From an uncultured delta proteobacterium (lineage in GTDB: Bacteria > Desulfobacterota > BSN033 > UBA1163), in contig CAWHBU010000003.1 of NCBI GenBank assembly GCA_963827685.1, positions 544,001 through 608,000 on the forward strand: a stretch of DNA of 64,000 nt, read 5' to 3'. This document shows, one piece after another, positions 28,324 through 38,020 of the stretch (positions are counted from its first letter, which is position 1; every line of letters begins with the position of its first letter). The notes beneath the pieces are model-generated. The model searched no databases. It saw only the letters and a list, made by a program, of their open reading frames with translations, and had not been told where the DNA came from. Made by a program: the position numbers and the translations under genes.

Positions 28324-29700
28324 ATGCAGATCAATCCACAGATTTTCAGGGAGTATGATATTCGAGGAGTGGTCGATAAGGATTTGACCCCTGATGTGGT
28401 CAGAAAATTGGGTCAAGGGTTTGGAACCCACATGACTCAATTGGGTCGGAGAGAATTGGTCGTGGGCAGGGATGGAAGGCTCAGTTCAAAGGGTTTTGAG
28501 AAGGCTGTGATCGAGGGTCTGATTTCGACAGGATGCCACGTCATCAATATCGGCCTCTGTCCAACGCCTGTCTATTATTTCTCCATCTTCCATCTTAATA
28601 AAGATGGGGGAATGGTGGTCACTGGGAGCCATAATCCCCCGGAGTTCAATGGATTTAAGGTATCTGTGGGCAAAAGCACCATCTTTGGAGAAGAGATCCA
28701 GAATCTGAAGCGGTTGATCGAAAAAGGGAAATTTGTCGCGGGTAAGGGAAAACTTTCTAAAGAAGAAATCATACAACCTTACCAGGACTATATCAAAAAG
28801 GATATTCACATCGAAAAGAAGATGAAGGTGGTGATCGATGCAGGAAATGGGACGGCAGGGGTTGTGGCCGGACCGCTCCTCAGAGATTTGGGTTGTGAGC
28901 TGGAAGAGCTTTATTGTGAGGTGGATGGCCGGTTTCCAAATCATTTCCCAGACCCAACCATCCCTGAGAATTTAAAAGTTCTAATAGATCGCGTGAAGAA
29001 GACTCGGGCGGATGTGGGGATTGGATATGATGGAGATGCGGATCGTATCGGAGTGGTCGATGATCAGGGAAACATCATCTGGGGCGATCAATTAATGATC
29101 CTATTCTCCAGGGAGATATTAAAGGATAAAAAAGGGGCCGTTTTTGTGGCAGAGGTGAAATGTTCTCAGAATTTGTTTAACGATATCGAGAAACACGGTG
29201 GAAAGGCCATCATGTACAGAACGGGGCACTCCCTGATCGAGGAGAAGATTAGAGAGGAGAAGGCGGCCCTCGGCGGAGAGATGAGTGGACACATCTTTTT
29301 CGCTGACCGCTATTTTGGTTATGATGATGCCATTTATGCTTCATGCCGTCTCGTTGAGCTCCTTTCAAAGACAGACAAGAAATTATCCCAACTCCTCAGC
29401 GATGTGCCCAAGACATTTATCACCCCTGAAATTCGAGTCGATTGTGCAGATGAGATTAAATTTAAAGTTGTTGAAACGGTAAAGGAAGCCTTGAGAAGAG
29501 ACTACCCTGTCATCGATGTGGATGGGGTCAGAGTAAAATTTAAGGATGGATGGGGATTGGTGAGGGCTTCAAATACTCAACCAGCGCTCGTCCTACGGTT
29601 TGAGGCCCTGACTCAGGATCGACTCGGTGAGATTAAAAATCTCATCGAGAAAAAAGTCCAGGAGGCCGTTTCTGCTTTGAAAGGGCATCCATTCGCGTAG
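28324..29700 (+). CDS. Phosphomannomutase/phosphoglucomutase (AlgC-like)
   Basis: FREYDIRG, TGSHNP, DGDADR, GEMSGH and VRASNTQP motifs. Confidence 0.95.
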   Translation: MQINPQIFREYDIRGVVDKDLTPDVVRKLGQGFGTHMTQLGRRELVVGRDGRLSSKGFEKAVIEGLISTGCHVINIGLCPTPVYYFSIFHLNKDGGMVVTGSHNPPEFNGFKVSVGKSTIFGEEIQNLKRLIEKGKFVAGKGKLSKEEIIQPYQDYIKKDIHIEKKMKVVIDAGNGTAGVVAGPLLRDLGCELEELYCEVDGRFPNHFPDPTIPENLKVLIDRVKKTRADVGIGYDGDADRIGVVDDQGNIIWGDQLMILFSREILKDKKGAVFVAEVKCSQNLFNDIEKHGGKAIMYRTGHSLIEEKIREEKAALGGEMSGHIFFADRYFGYDDAIYASCRLVELLSKTDKKLSQLLSDVPKTFITPEIRVDCADEIKFKVVETVKEALRRDYPVIDVDGVRVKFKDGWGLVRASNTQPALVLRFEALTQDRLGEIKNLIEKKVQEAVSALKGHPFA

Positions 29701-29754
29701 CGCCTGCCGCTGAGGCGTCCGGGACCTGTTCCGTGCAGGCGACCTATGTCCATC

Positions 29755-30936
29755 CTATTCCATTTCGCAGGCCTCGGCAACCATCTCAGAAATATCTTTC
29801 ACCGAGAGCTGGCCTTCAAGTTCCTCTACCTTGACCGCGTCCTGAAGCATGGTCAGGCACTGGGGGCAGGCTACAGCCAAAACGTCAGCTCCTGTCTCTC
29901 TAGCCTCTCTGACTCTGCGTCTCGCTGGCGTGCTCTTGCTTCCGCCGAGCAAATCAATATAAAAGTTGCCTCCGCCCCCACCACAGCAGAGAGCGCTCTC
30001 TCTATTCTTCTCCATCTCCATAAGTTTGACTCCGGGAATAGTCCGCAGAATAGCTCTCGGCGTCTCATACCCGTTATTCCAGCGTCCAAGAAAACATGGA
30101 TCGTGGAACGTGATTTTTACGTTAAGGGAGCGGGAAACATTAAGCTTCCTCTGGCTGATAAGATTCTGGAGAAGTTGGGTATAGTGGCCCACATCAAAAT
30201 TGCCGTTATACTTGGGGTAATCATTCTTCATCGCGTTATAGGCGTGCGGCGAGAGAGTAACAATTTTGTGGACACCCAGTTCTTTAAAATGGGCAATGTT
30301 ACCTCCGGCCAGCATCTCAAACAGAGTTTTTTCGCCGAGGCCATTCACCTCATTACCGTCGCAGTTTTCCTCATTACCCAGCACGCCAAAGGAGACACCG
30401 GCCTTCTGCAGCACTTTCCCCAGCGCCCGCGATGCTTCCTGGGCTCTCGTATCATAAGAACCAACACAGCCGACATAGTATAGGAACTCTTGTCCCTGGT
30501 AGGGTTCTATCCCCGTCCCTTTCATCCACTCTCCCCTTTTCATTCTGGAAGTGCCGTAGGGATTCCCCTGCTTTTGAATGTTCTCTAAGAAACGTTTGGC
30601 GGCAACAGGTATCTTCCCTTTTTCTACCATCTCGCTTTTGGCTGCCACAATCATGTTGAGGATGTCCCCACTGAAACGAAGCGGGCATTTTACCTCGCAG
30701 TTCTTACACGCTGTGCAGGAATAGAGAATGTCAGAAAGATGCTCGCTCCAGTCAATCTCGCCATTCAGCCATGCCCTGGTCAGCCACAGTCTTCCTCCAC
30801 AGGAATAGGTCTCCAGGCGATAGCGACCATAAGCCGGGCAGTTATTGACATCCTCCCAGTTCACGGGAAATTTGCAGTAACCACATCTGAAACATCTGTG
30901 GATCATATCACCGTATTCGAAATCGGCGAGTGCCAT
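29755..30936 (-). CDS. (Fe-S)-binding oxidoreductase with CCG domains (GlpC/HdrD-like)
   Basis: CFRCGYC, CTACKNCEVKCP, YVGC, HDPC.LGR, CCGGGGG and ACPQC motifs. Confidence 0.9.
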   Translation of the reverse strand: MALADFEYGDMIHRCFRCGYCKFPVNWEDVNNCPAYGRYRLETYSCGGRLWLTRAWLNGEIDWSEHLSDILYSCTACKNCEVKCPLRFSGDILNMIVAAKSEMVEKGKIPVAAKRFLENIQKQGNPYGTSRMKRGEWMKGTGIEPYQGQEFLYYVGCVGSYDTRAQEASRALGKVLQKAGVSFGVLGNEENCDGNEVNGLGEKTLFEMLAGGNIAHFKELGVHKIVTLSPHAYNAMKNDYPKYNGNFDVGHYTQLLQNLISQRKLNVSRSLNVKITFHDPCFLGRWNNGYETPRAILRTIPGVKLMEMEKNRESALCCGGGGGNFYIDLLGGSKSTPARRRVREARETGADVLAVACPQCLTMLQDAVKVEELEGQLSVKDISEMVAEACEME

Positions 30937-32294
30937 TAGCTCACCTCCCAGTTTCCGGGGTTCATAATCCCATTGGGGTCAAGCAATTGTCTGATCTTTC
31001 CCATCAGCTCAAGGGTGTTCGGGTCGAGCCTTTCCTTTAGAAGCTTCTGCCCGTAAAGTCCAGGTTTCCAGATCGTCCCGCCTAATTCCAGGACGAGACC
31101 ATCCGTTTCGTGTAAGGCTTCCCTGGCGTGCCGTATGGTCTCCGCGTCAGCCCGGTTGAAGGCATAGGTCCACGAAAACATCATGGCATGGGCAGCCCCG
31201 ATACACCGTCCGAGAACAGTATAGGGGATCCCGTGGCTTTCTGAGATTTTGCGTCCTCTCCGGTAGCACTCAGGGTATTTTCCCACCGGCATGATGCTGC
31301 CAACGTATTCAAAGCCGCCCCCCTTTCTCCAGTCGGAGGTTGTGGAAATCTGCGGTCTCTGGAGACCCTGGACAAAGCCCAGAAATCCCCCGTCCCCTCT
31401 TCGAATATATTCTCCGAGGGTATCATCCCAGATGAGCTCCTGTTTGAACTCAAGCTCCTTTTCTGAATCGGCAGCAATATTGATAGTAAAATTTTGTAGC
31501 CCGCTGATTAAGGGTGGTATGGCCTGGCTGAAAGCGACGATATCTTCAGCCATTTGGAGATGGGTAAGCTTGTGCATGATTTCTGGCACAAGTTCTTCGT
31601 CTTCCACGATGAATTGACCCACCCCTCTTATTTTTTTACACGGAAAGAGCCTTAAGGAGACCTTGGTAATAATACCGGTTGTGCCCAGCCATCCTAGAAA
31701 GAGCCCTACGTCAGGCAGTGGATGTTGGGTAAACCAGCTGGCGCCTATTGAGCAAGAGCCAAAGCGGCAAACCTCTCCGGTCGGCAGAACGACCTCAAGA
31801 CCATTTAACATATCGGAGTTAAATCCATAAGGCTGGGCCAGGTCGCCTTGACCGTGGATGGCTAGATTCCCAACGATTGTTGCCGTTGGCGGCGCTCCGG
31901 GCTCCGAGTGAGTCAAACGTGGATACCACCTTTCCAGATAAGATGTGAGCTGCCCCTGGGAGACACCACACTCCACGACGGCATATCTCGCCTGTTCGTC
32001 AACCTCTATAATGCTATCCATCCGTTTCAAGTCTACGACAATACCGCCTTGGAAAGGCACAGCCAGGCCAGCCAGGGAAAGCCCGCCGCCCAGGGGAACA
32101 ACCGGCACATTTTCTTTGTTAGCCAGCTTGACTATTTTCTGTACGTCTTCGGTTGTCCTCGGTGATACAACATACTGCGGACGGTGGGGTTCCGTTGTCC
32201 CGAGATCGAAGGAGTAGATGTAAAGCTCCTCCGGCCGATTTGAGACGTATTCTTCCCCCACTATTTCTACCAGCGCCTCATACACAGTGTCCAT
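30936..32294 (-). CDS. FAD-binding oxidoreductase, VAO/PCMH (GlcD-like) family
   Basis: P.GGGLSLAG, GLEVVLPTGE, GTTGIITK and DPNGIMNPG motifs; GGAGGTG RBS before ATG 32294. Confidence 0.9.
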   Translation of the reverse strand: MDTVYEALVEIVGEEYVSNRPEELYIYSFDLGTTEPHRPQYVVSPRTTEDVQKIVKLANKENVPVVPLGGGLSLAGLAVPFQGGIVVDLKRMDSIIEVDEQARYAVVECGVSQGQLTSYLERWYPRLTHSEPGAPPTATIVGNLAIHGQGDLAQPYGFNSDMLNGLEVVLPTGEVCRFGSCSIGASWFTQHPLPDVGLFLGWLGTTGIITKVSLRLFPCKKIRGVGQFIVEDEELVPEIMHKLTHLQMAEDIVAFSQAIPPLISGLQNFTINIAADSEKELEFKQELIWDDTLGEYIRRGDGGFLGFVQGLQRPQISTTSDWRKGGGFEYVGSIMPVGKYPECYRRGRKISESHGIPYTVLGRCIGAAHAMMFSWTYAFNRADAETIRHAREALHETDGLVLELGGTIWKPGLYGQKLLKERLDPNTLELMGKIRQLLDPNGIMNPGNWEVS

Positions 32295-32298
32295 TAAA

Positions 32299-33348
32299 TC
32301 ACCTCCATCCCGCAGGCTTTTCACCTATGGCAAGCCGGCAAAGGTCGCTCATAAAGATGGGTCTCATCCCATTTCGGGCGACCATCTGACCCAGAGTCTG
32401 GTAACAGGCCGGGCAGTTGAAGACACAGACTTCCGCCCCGGCATTTTTCATGTCTTCAATATTCCTCTTCTGTAAATCAGCGGCAAGTTTACGACTTCCT
32501 TCTTTTTTCTGCCCTTGAATTGTCCCGCCGCAGCAAAGGGCATTCTCCTCCACGTAATTTCTCCGGACGCTTTCCGCGCCTATCAGGTCAAAGATATCCT
32601 GGACGAAATGGTGTTTATCTGGTGAAAGTCGGGAAGAACATGGGCGCTGATAGGCCACTTTCAGCTTGACCGGTTCTATTTCTTCCTTGAGATCGTTAAG
32701 CCTGTTATAAAGATACTCAAATAGATGAACGGGCTTGAAGGGAACGTCAATATTCACCGCCGGGCAGTAAGAGCTAAAAGTACCATAACACTCATCATGG
32801 AAGCAGACCACCTCCGTGACTCTGTGTTTGGCGATGGTCTTGATGACGCCGGGTAATCTCTCCTTGATCACCGAGCTCCTGGCAAAGTGGAGGTACATCA
32901 GCTGACAGAAGTAATGAAACATCTTACGTGGGTCGGTTGAGATGACCGGCAGACCTTCAAAAACCTTACCCTGTATCAAGTACATGAGGTCAGAAAAAAC
33001 GCCCATATCAAGCGCTGGCCCGTTAATCTCTTCGATGTCCGGTTCGCCTCGGAAGGGTATCCCTATGTTTATGCCCCGCTGGATAAGCGGCCTGGGCAGA
33101 GGTGGAACGTTCAGCTCTTCCTGTTTTTCAACAATGAGATAGAAGGGGTGGTTATGTACCGGGCAGTATTCCTCACAGGCATAACAGGTCACGCATTGGT
33201 GGAGGACGAAGGAGTCCTCACCCCGCGCTATTTTAAGGATTTCTCTCCTGGCCGTCTCTCTGTCAATATCCATATATTGGCATTTGGTTAGGCAGGCTTG
33301 TGTGGGACAACCAAGACAGGCGGTATCGTTAAATCTCAGCTCAACCAT
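32299..33348 (-). CDS. (Fe-S)-binding protein with CCG domain
   Basis: CLGC...CLTKC, CVTCYACEEYCP, QRPCSSR, CCGG and CPAC motifs. Confidence 0.85.
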   Translation of the reverse strand: MVELRFNDTACLGCPTQACLTKCQYMDIDRETARREILKIARGEDSFVLHQCVTCYACEEYCPVHNHPFYLIVEKQEELNVPPLPRPLIQRGINIGIPFRGEPDIEEINGPALDMGVFSDLMYLIQGKVFEGLPVISTDPRKMFHYFCQLMYLHFARSSVIKERLPGVIKTIAKHRVTEVVCFHDECYGTFSSYCPAVNIDVPFKPVHLFEYLYNRLNDLKEEIEPVKLKVAYQRPCSSRLSPDKHHFVQDIFDLIGAESVRRNYVEENALCCGGTIQGQKKEGSRKLAADLQKRNIEDMKNAGAEVCVFNCPACYQTLGQMVARNGMRPIFMSDLCRLAIGEKPAGWR

Positions 33349-33495
33349 TCAATTCCCTCCTTGAGTGGATTTTCAATTTAGGCGCTGGGCTGGTTAGCAA
33401 CCCTATGTTACTATTCAGGCGCGGTAAAATCAACGTTTTATCATTAATACAAGAGCTTTGCTATAACATCCAGACTATGTGGCTACAATCTTTCA

Positions 33496-33524
33496 TTGAC
33501 AAAATACACTTACAAGTCTAAAAT
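33496..33524 (+). promoter_or_regulatory. Sigma-70 promoter
   Basis: TTGACA-N17-TAAAAT upstream of the cupin gene and the following + strand run. Confidence 0.7.
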
Positions 33525-33572
33525 CTCTCCAAAATACAACTTACAGTTGACTTGTTGACAGAAGGAGAAAAT

Positions 33573-33938
33573 GTGGATATCTCAGTAGTCAACTTTGGAG
33601 AAAAGTTTCGCAAGATCAAGGAACAGCATTCATATAAAGTAATTGCTCAGATGAATAATTATCAGTTCAAATTGGTTAGAATGCAAAGAGAATTCATATG
33701 GCATAAGCATCCTGAGACGGACGAAGTTTTTGTGGTCATTGACGGCAATTTGCAAATCGATTTGCGCGGTAAGACGCTAACTCTAAAAAAGGGTGAAATG
33801 GTTGTTATCCCAAAAGGCGTGGAGCACAAACCATCTTGTAAAGAAGAATGCAAGATTTTATTAATTGAACCTGCAGGAACTCCCAATACCGGTGATGCAG
33901 GAGGAAATTTAACAGACACTCATTTGGAATGGATCTAA
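33573..33938 (+). CDS. Cupin domain protein
   Basis: WHKHPETDEVF...IPKGVEHKP; GTG start after AAGGAG. Confidence 0.9.
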   Translation: MDISVVNFGEKFRKIKEQHSYKVIAQMNNYQFKLVRMQREFIWHKHPETDEVFVVIDGNLQIDLRGKTLTLKKGEMVVIPKGVEHKPSCKEECKILLIEPAGTPNTGDAGGNLTDTHLEWI

Positions 33939-34010
33939 CCTATTAAATCCTTCTGACAAGTGGTTCCAGCGCACTGGAAACAGCGCGGCGGTCTAACTCG
34001 TTCGTTTGGT
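33933..34010 (+). other. Degenerate attC-like site
   Basis: ATCTAAC (RYYYAAC) overlaps the cupin stop, followed by CTGACAAGTGGTTCCAGCG...GCGGTCTAACTCGTTCGTTTGG. Confidence 0.4.
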
Positions 34011-34059
34011 CGCTGGATAGCATGGAATCAGTTACCAATATTTGAAGGTGAAGCGGAAA

Positions 34060-34947
34060 ATGGGAAGGCTGACTTTTTACATCGTTGATGTATTTGCCGA
34101 AGAAAAATATGCCGGCAACCAGTTGGCTGTTTTTCGAGATGGAAATACACTTGCCGACATCGATATGCAGCGCATTGCGAAGGAAATGAATTTCTCTGAA
34201 ACCACATTTATCTTGTCTGAAACCCAACGTGAGGGGGGTTTCGATGTACGTATTTTCACCCCCCGCCGGGAAGTACCTTTCGCAGGTCACCCCACGTTGG
34301 GAACAGTCCATATTATTCGAACAGAGATTATTCAAGGGAGTGCGGGAAAGATAGTTCTGAATTTGAAAGTGGGACAAATTCCTGTTATTTTTAGCGGTGT
34401 TGTCGAACAGGAAACCACCTATTGGATGAAGCAGATCGAGCCGATTTTTGGCGAGACACTGAGTGCGGAAGTCATTGCGCCTGTATTGAGCCTCAGCACA
34501 AGCGAGATAGATGACCGTTTTCCAATTGAGGAAGTTTCAACGGGGCTGCCCCACATTCTTGTTCCACTCCGAAGCTTAGAATCTTTGAAGAGAGCCCGGG
34601 TGGCTCAGGATAAATATTTCGAGCTTATCGAGAACAGGTGGGCAAAACCCATCCTGATTTTTTGCCCACAACCGCATAACTCGCAGAATGATATAAGTGT
34701 CCGCATGTTTGCAGATATTTTCGGCATTCGCGAAGACCCGGCAACAGGAAGTGGAAATGGTTGTCTTGCAGCGTATTTAGTGCGACATCGTTATTGGGGA
34801 CGAGAGAAAATTGATATTCGTAGTGAGCAAGGATACGAAATAGGCCGGCCGTCTCTACTGTTCTTGAGAGCCGAAGAAAAGGGCGGCGAAATAAGCATAT
34901 CGGTTGGTGGTAAAGCAGTCACAATAGCTAAAGGTGAGTTTGTCTAA
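34060..34947 (+). CDS. PhzF family isomerase/epimerase
   Basis: VDVF..GNQLAV, NFSETTF, EVPFAGHPTLG, EDPATGSG and EQGYEIGRPS motifs. Confidence 0.93.
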   Translation: MGRLTFYIVDVFAEEKYAGNQLAVFRDGNTLADIDMQRIAKEMNFSETTFILSETQREGGFDVRIFTPRREVPFAGHPTLGTVHIIRTEIIQGSAGKIVLNLKVGQIPVIFSGVVEQETTYWMKQIEPIFGETLSAEVIAPVLSLSTSEIDDRFPIEEVSTGLPHILVPLRSLESLKRARVAQDKYFELIENRWAKPILIFCPQPHNSQNDISVRMFADIFGIREDPATGSGNGCLAAYLVRHRYWGREKIDIRSEQGYEIGRPSLLFLRAEEKGGEISISVGGKAVTIAKGEFV

Positions 34948-34973
34948 GCGTCAACTTCTTTGGTGTTAGTGCG

Positions 34974-35052
34974 CGGCCCGACAGGCGCATGAAGCCGATC
35001 GCTTCGCCAGCCGCTGCGCGGCTTGCTTGCGGCGGATGATGCTTAGTCCATT
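34974..35052 (+). other. Degenerate attC-like site
   Basis: CCCGACAGGCGCATGAAGCCGATCGC...GCGGCGGATGATGCTTAGTCCATTG: imperfect palindrome with the layout of an attC but mutated core boxes. Confidence 0.4.
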
Positions 35053-35069
35053 GCTTAGAAGGAAAAGGA

Positions 35070-36161
35070 GTGAGAATAATGAAGAGAATTAAGGTAGGGG
35101 TGATCGGCGGAACCGGCATGGTAGGCCAGAATTATATCAGACTGCTCAGGAATCATCCTTGGTTTGAAGTGACGTATGTTGCAGCCTCCCCTCGCTCTGC
35201 AGGCAAGAAATACGCAGAGGCCGTTTCGGGCCGTTGGCTAATGCCTGAACCGGCTCCGGAGCAGATCGAGGATCTTGTGGTTCAAGACGCAAACCTTGTT
35301 CAATCGGCGAAAGGGAAATGTGAGTTGGTGTTCTCGGCTATTGATGCGGACAAGGACACGGTACGAAAACTTGAGGAGGAATATGCCAAGAGCGGTATTC
35401 CGGTGGTATCGAACAACTCAGCACACAGGAATACGCCAGACGTGCCGATGATGATACCGGAAGTGAATCCAGGCCATACTGAGCTGATCCGACTTCAGCG
35501 GACGCAGAGAGGCTGGGGAAAAGGACTGATCGCCGTCAAGCCGAACTGCAGTATCCAAAGCTATGTCACTCCGCTCTTCGCTTTGATCGAGGCGGGCTGT
35601 AAGATCGAGGCCGTCATTGTAACGACCCTTCAAGCGGTTTCCGGGGCTGGCTTTCCGGGTCCTGCGTCCCTGCAAATGATAGATAATGTCATTCCCTTTA
35701 TCAAAAATGAAGAGGAGAAGTCAGAATTGGAGCCATTGCGGATTCTGGGACAGCTTCGTGATGGCAGAATTATTCCAGATAACTCGTTTAAAATTTCGGC
35801 CCACTGCAATCGGGTCCCTGTCATCGACGGGCACATGGCGTGCGTGAGCGTGAAGTTTAAGGGACGAAAGCCATCTGTAGAGGAGGTCTTGAAGATCTGG
35901 AAAAGCTTTGCCGGCGAGCCTCAGAGGCTGAAACTTCCCTCAGCTCCTGAGAACGCCATCATCTACCGAGAAGAAGTCGATAGACCTCAGCCACGGATGG
36001 ACAGAGATGCAGGAAGGGGTATGGCAGTGACGGTTGGGCGACTACGGGGATGCGAGGTTTTTGACTACCGGTTTGTAGGCCTTTCGCATAACACCGTGCG
36101 AGGCGCAGCCGGAGGCGCAATTCTCACGGCAGAATTACTAAAAGCAAAGGGGTTTTTCTGA
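35070..36161 (+). CDS. asd: Aspartate-semialdehyde dehydrogenase (archaeal/eukaryote-like type)
   Basis: GGTGMVGQ, HPWFE, PNCS, QAVSGAG, CNRVPVIDGH, RPQPR.DR and HNTVRGAAGG motifs. Confidence 0.95.
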   Translation: MRIMKRIKVGVIGGTGMVGQNYIRLLRNHPWFEVTYVAASPRSAGKKYAEAVSGRWLMPEPAPEQIEDLVVQDANLVQSAKGKCELVFSAIDADKDTVRKLEEEYAKSGIPVVSNNSAHRNTPDVPMMIPEVNPGHTELIRLQRTQRGWGKGLIAVKPNCSIQSYVTPLFALIEAGCKIEAVIVTTLQAVSGAGFPGPASLQMIDNVIPFIKNEEEKSELEPLRILGQLRDGRIIPDNSFKISAHCNRVPVIDGHMACVSVKFKGRKPSVEEVLKIWKSFAGEPQRLKLPSAPENAIIYREEVDRPQPRMDRDAGRGMAVTVGRLRGCEVFDYRFVGLSHNTVRGAAGGAILTAELLKAKGFF

Positions 36162-36183
36162 AGGTGGCAGCGCCTTATCTATT

Positions 36184-36240
36184 GGCCAACAATGGAATCG
36201 AGGCGAGACCTTCCGACCACGGTGGATCCCTCGCGTTAGC
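36184..36240 (+). other. Degenerate attC-like site
   Basis: GGCCAAC...CGTTAGC, 57 bp, 12 bp before the GNAT ATG. Confidence 0.4.
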
Positions 36241-36252
36241 GGGAAAAAAATA

Positions 36253-36803
36253 ATGGTGAATCCTAAAATCCGAGCAGGTGGCCAAAAAGACATTGGAATT
36301 CTGACAGAAATTATTCGAAGTTCTTTTCGGGATGTGGCCGATCGCTTTGGCCTGACACAGGAGAACTGTCCGACGCACCCGTCTAACTGCACGGTGGACT
36401 GGGTCCAACGGGATATGGACCGACGCGTCACCTATTTTGTCCTCGAGGACAACGGCCTCGCCTCAGGATGTGTTGCTCTCGAACTGGCTGATTCCGAGTT
36501 GTGCTACCTCGAACGCCTTGCCGTTCGACCGCCCCAGCGGCGGCGCGGCCTTGGGAGAGCCCTGGTTGAGTACGTGTTGGCAGAAGCCAAACGCTGCAGG
36601 CTCGTCGTGTGAGTATTGGAATCATTGCCGAGCAAACAGAACTGAAGAACTGGTATCAGAAAATCGGCTTCGTTGAAGCCGAGACCAAGGAATTCGCTCA
36701 CCTGCCTTTCCGGGTGACCTTCATGTCTTACGCAGTTAATCCGAGCTGCCGGTCATCGCTTTCAACAGATGCGGTAAACCGCTCGGCTGATTTCGACCAT
36801 TAG
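36253..36803 (+). pseudogene. GNAT acetyltransferase split by a 1-nt frameshift near 36592
   Basis: ORF1 has RLAVRPPQRRRGLGRALV; ORF2 continues (LQARR)VSIGII..LKNWYQKIGF in the neighbouring frame. Confidence 0.75.
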
Positions 36804-36936
36804 GTAAAGAGAGGTGGTGAAGGGGGGACAGGATGGGATGTAAATTTGTTAGTTTATGGTTAAGGATGTGCCAGCTCCACGCCTGCGGGTGCAGAATAGA
36901 CGGTTTAGTCAGAAAAAAACTTGAAAGGAGATCGCT

Positions 36937-37659
36937 ATGGAACAAAAGTCTATCGATTTAGCTTCTATGTTAGCTTCTATTCAGAAAACGGCAATGAGTG
37001 TTTTGACATCCCCGTCCGCCTTTTTCAGGGAGATGCCAAAAACAGGCGGGTTTGTTGAGCCGCTGATATTCATGGTAATCATGGGTATTATCGGAGGTCT
37101 CATCCAGACCATCTTCAGCATTGTGGGTCTGCATTTTGGGATTATGGCAATGAGTGTGTGGTCCATTATTTTATTTCCCATATATATTGTCATAGGCGGC
37201 TTCATAGGTGCTGCAATCCTCTTTGTGATATGGAAACTCTTAGGCTCTCAGGAGTCCTATGAAACCGCTTTTCGATGCGGGGCGTACATTTCCGTCCTGA
37301 TGCCGATCATCACTGTACTCGGGCTCATTCCTTACTTAGGCTCAGCCGTTGGGATTGCCCTTTACGTTTACTTTCTCGTGATCGCAAGCGTGGAGGTTCA
37401 TAAGATCCCTTCTCAAAAGGCTTGGCTTGTGTTCGGGATCATCGGTGCAATATTGATCATTTTAAGTATCAGCGGCCAAATTACTGCAAGAAAGTATTCA
37501 AGAGAGGCGATCAAATTCCGGGAAAAGATGGAAGAGACCTCAAAGGCCATGAAGAAGCAGGCCGAACAGATGCAGAAGCAGACTGAGGATATGCAGAAAC
37601 AGGCGGAGGAAGCAAAAAAAGCCGCCGAAGAGATGCAGAAACAATTGGAACAGAAGTAG
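36937..37659 (+). CDS. YIP1-family membrane protein with C-terminal coiled coil
   Basis: VLTSPSAFFREMP, five TM segments, GSQESYETAFR, Q/E/K-rich tail. Confidence 0.8.
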   Translation: MEQKSIDLASMLASIQKTAMSVLTSPSAFFREMPKTGGFVEPLIFMVIMGIIGGLIQTIFSIVGLHFGIMAMSVWSIILFPIYIVIGGFIGAAILFVIWKLLGSQESYETAFRCGAYISVLMPIITVLGLIPYLGSAVGIALYVYFLVIASVEVHKIPSQKAWLVFGIIGAILIILSISGQITARKYSREAIKFREKMEETSKAMKKQAEQMQKQTEDMQKQAEEAKKAAEEMQKQLEQK

Positions 37660-37709
37660 TTTATGAACAATTGACAAGAACCCTATATCGAGTTGTTAAG
37701 ATTATTAAG

Positions 37710-38020
37710 AACTAAACTACCCTCGCCTTCAAGGCGAGGGGTTTGAAATAACAGGTCGACTTGAAGTCGACCTTGCCCGTTCTCCTTCTTTCGTCCGTCA
37801 TTCCTGCGCAAGCAGGAATCCAGTTCTTATTGGTTCCCTGCCTTCGCAGTGGCAGCGTCCTGGATTCCCGTTTTCACGGGAATGACAATGGTGATGCTAT
37901 ATGGTCGGCTTTATCTCAATCCCATGAAGAATATGTCACCAAGGGCTGGCCGACCATTTCGCAAAATCTTTACTTCGCCTGAAGGCGAGGGGTTTCCACC
38001 ATCCCCGATGGTGACACTAA
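37710..38020. mobile_element. Non-autonomous IS200/IS605-type element containing a REP doublet
   Basis: Both ends carry a CTCGCC/TTCGCC..GGCGAGGGGTTT hairpin in the same orientation. Internal GTCATTCCTGCGCAAGCAGGAATCCAG and CTGGATTCCCGTTTTCACGGGAATGAC at 37797-37886. Confidence 0.65.

Noticed and set aside
29746-30483. Long antisense ORFs (29746-30483, also 10554-11144 and 62017-62607)
   Set aside because: They shadow better-supported genes on the opposite strand and show no motifs.
29755-33348. Selenocysteine read-through in the redox genes
   Set aside because: The frames are complete with Cys at the motif positions; no in-frame TGA needs recoding.
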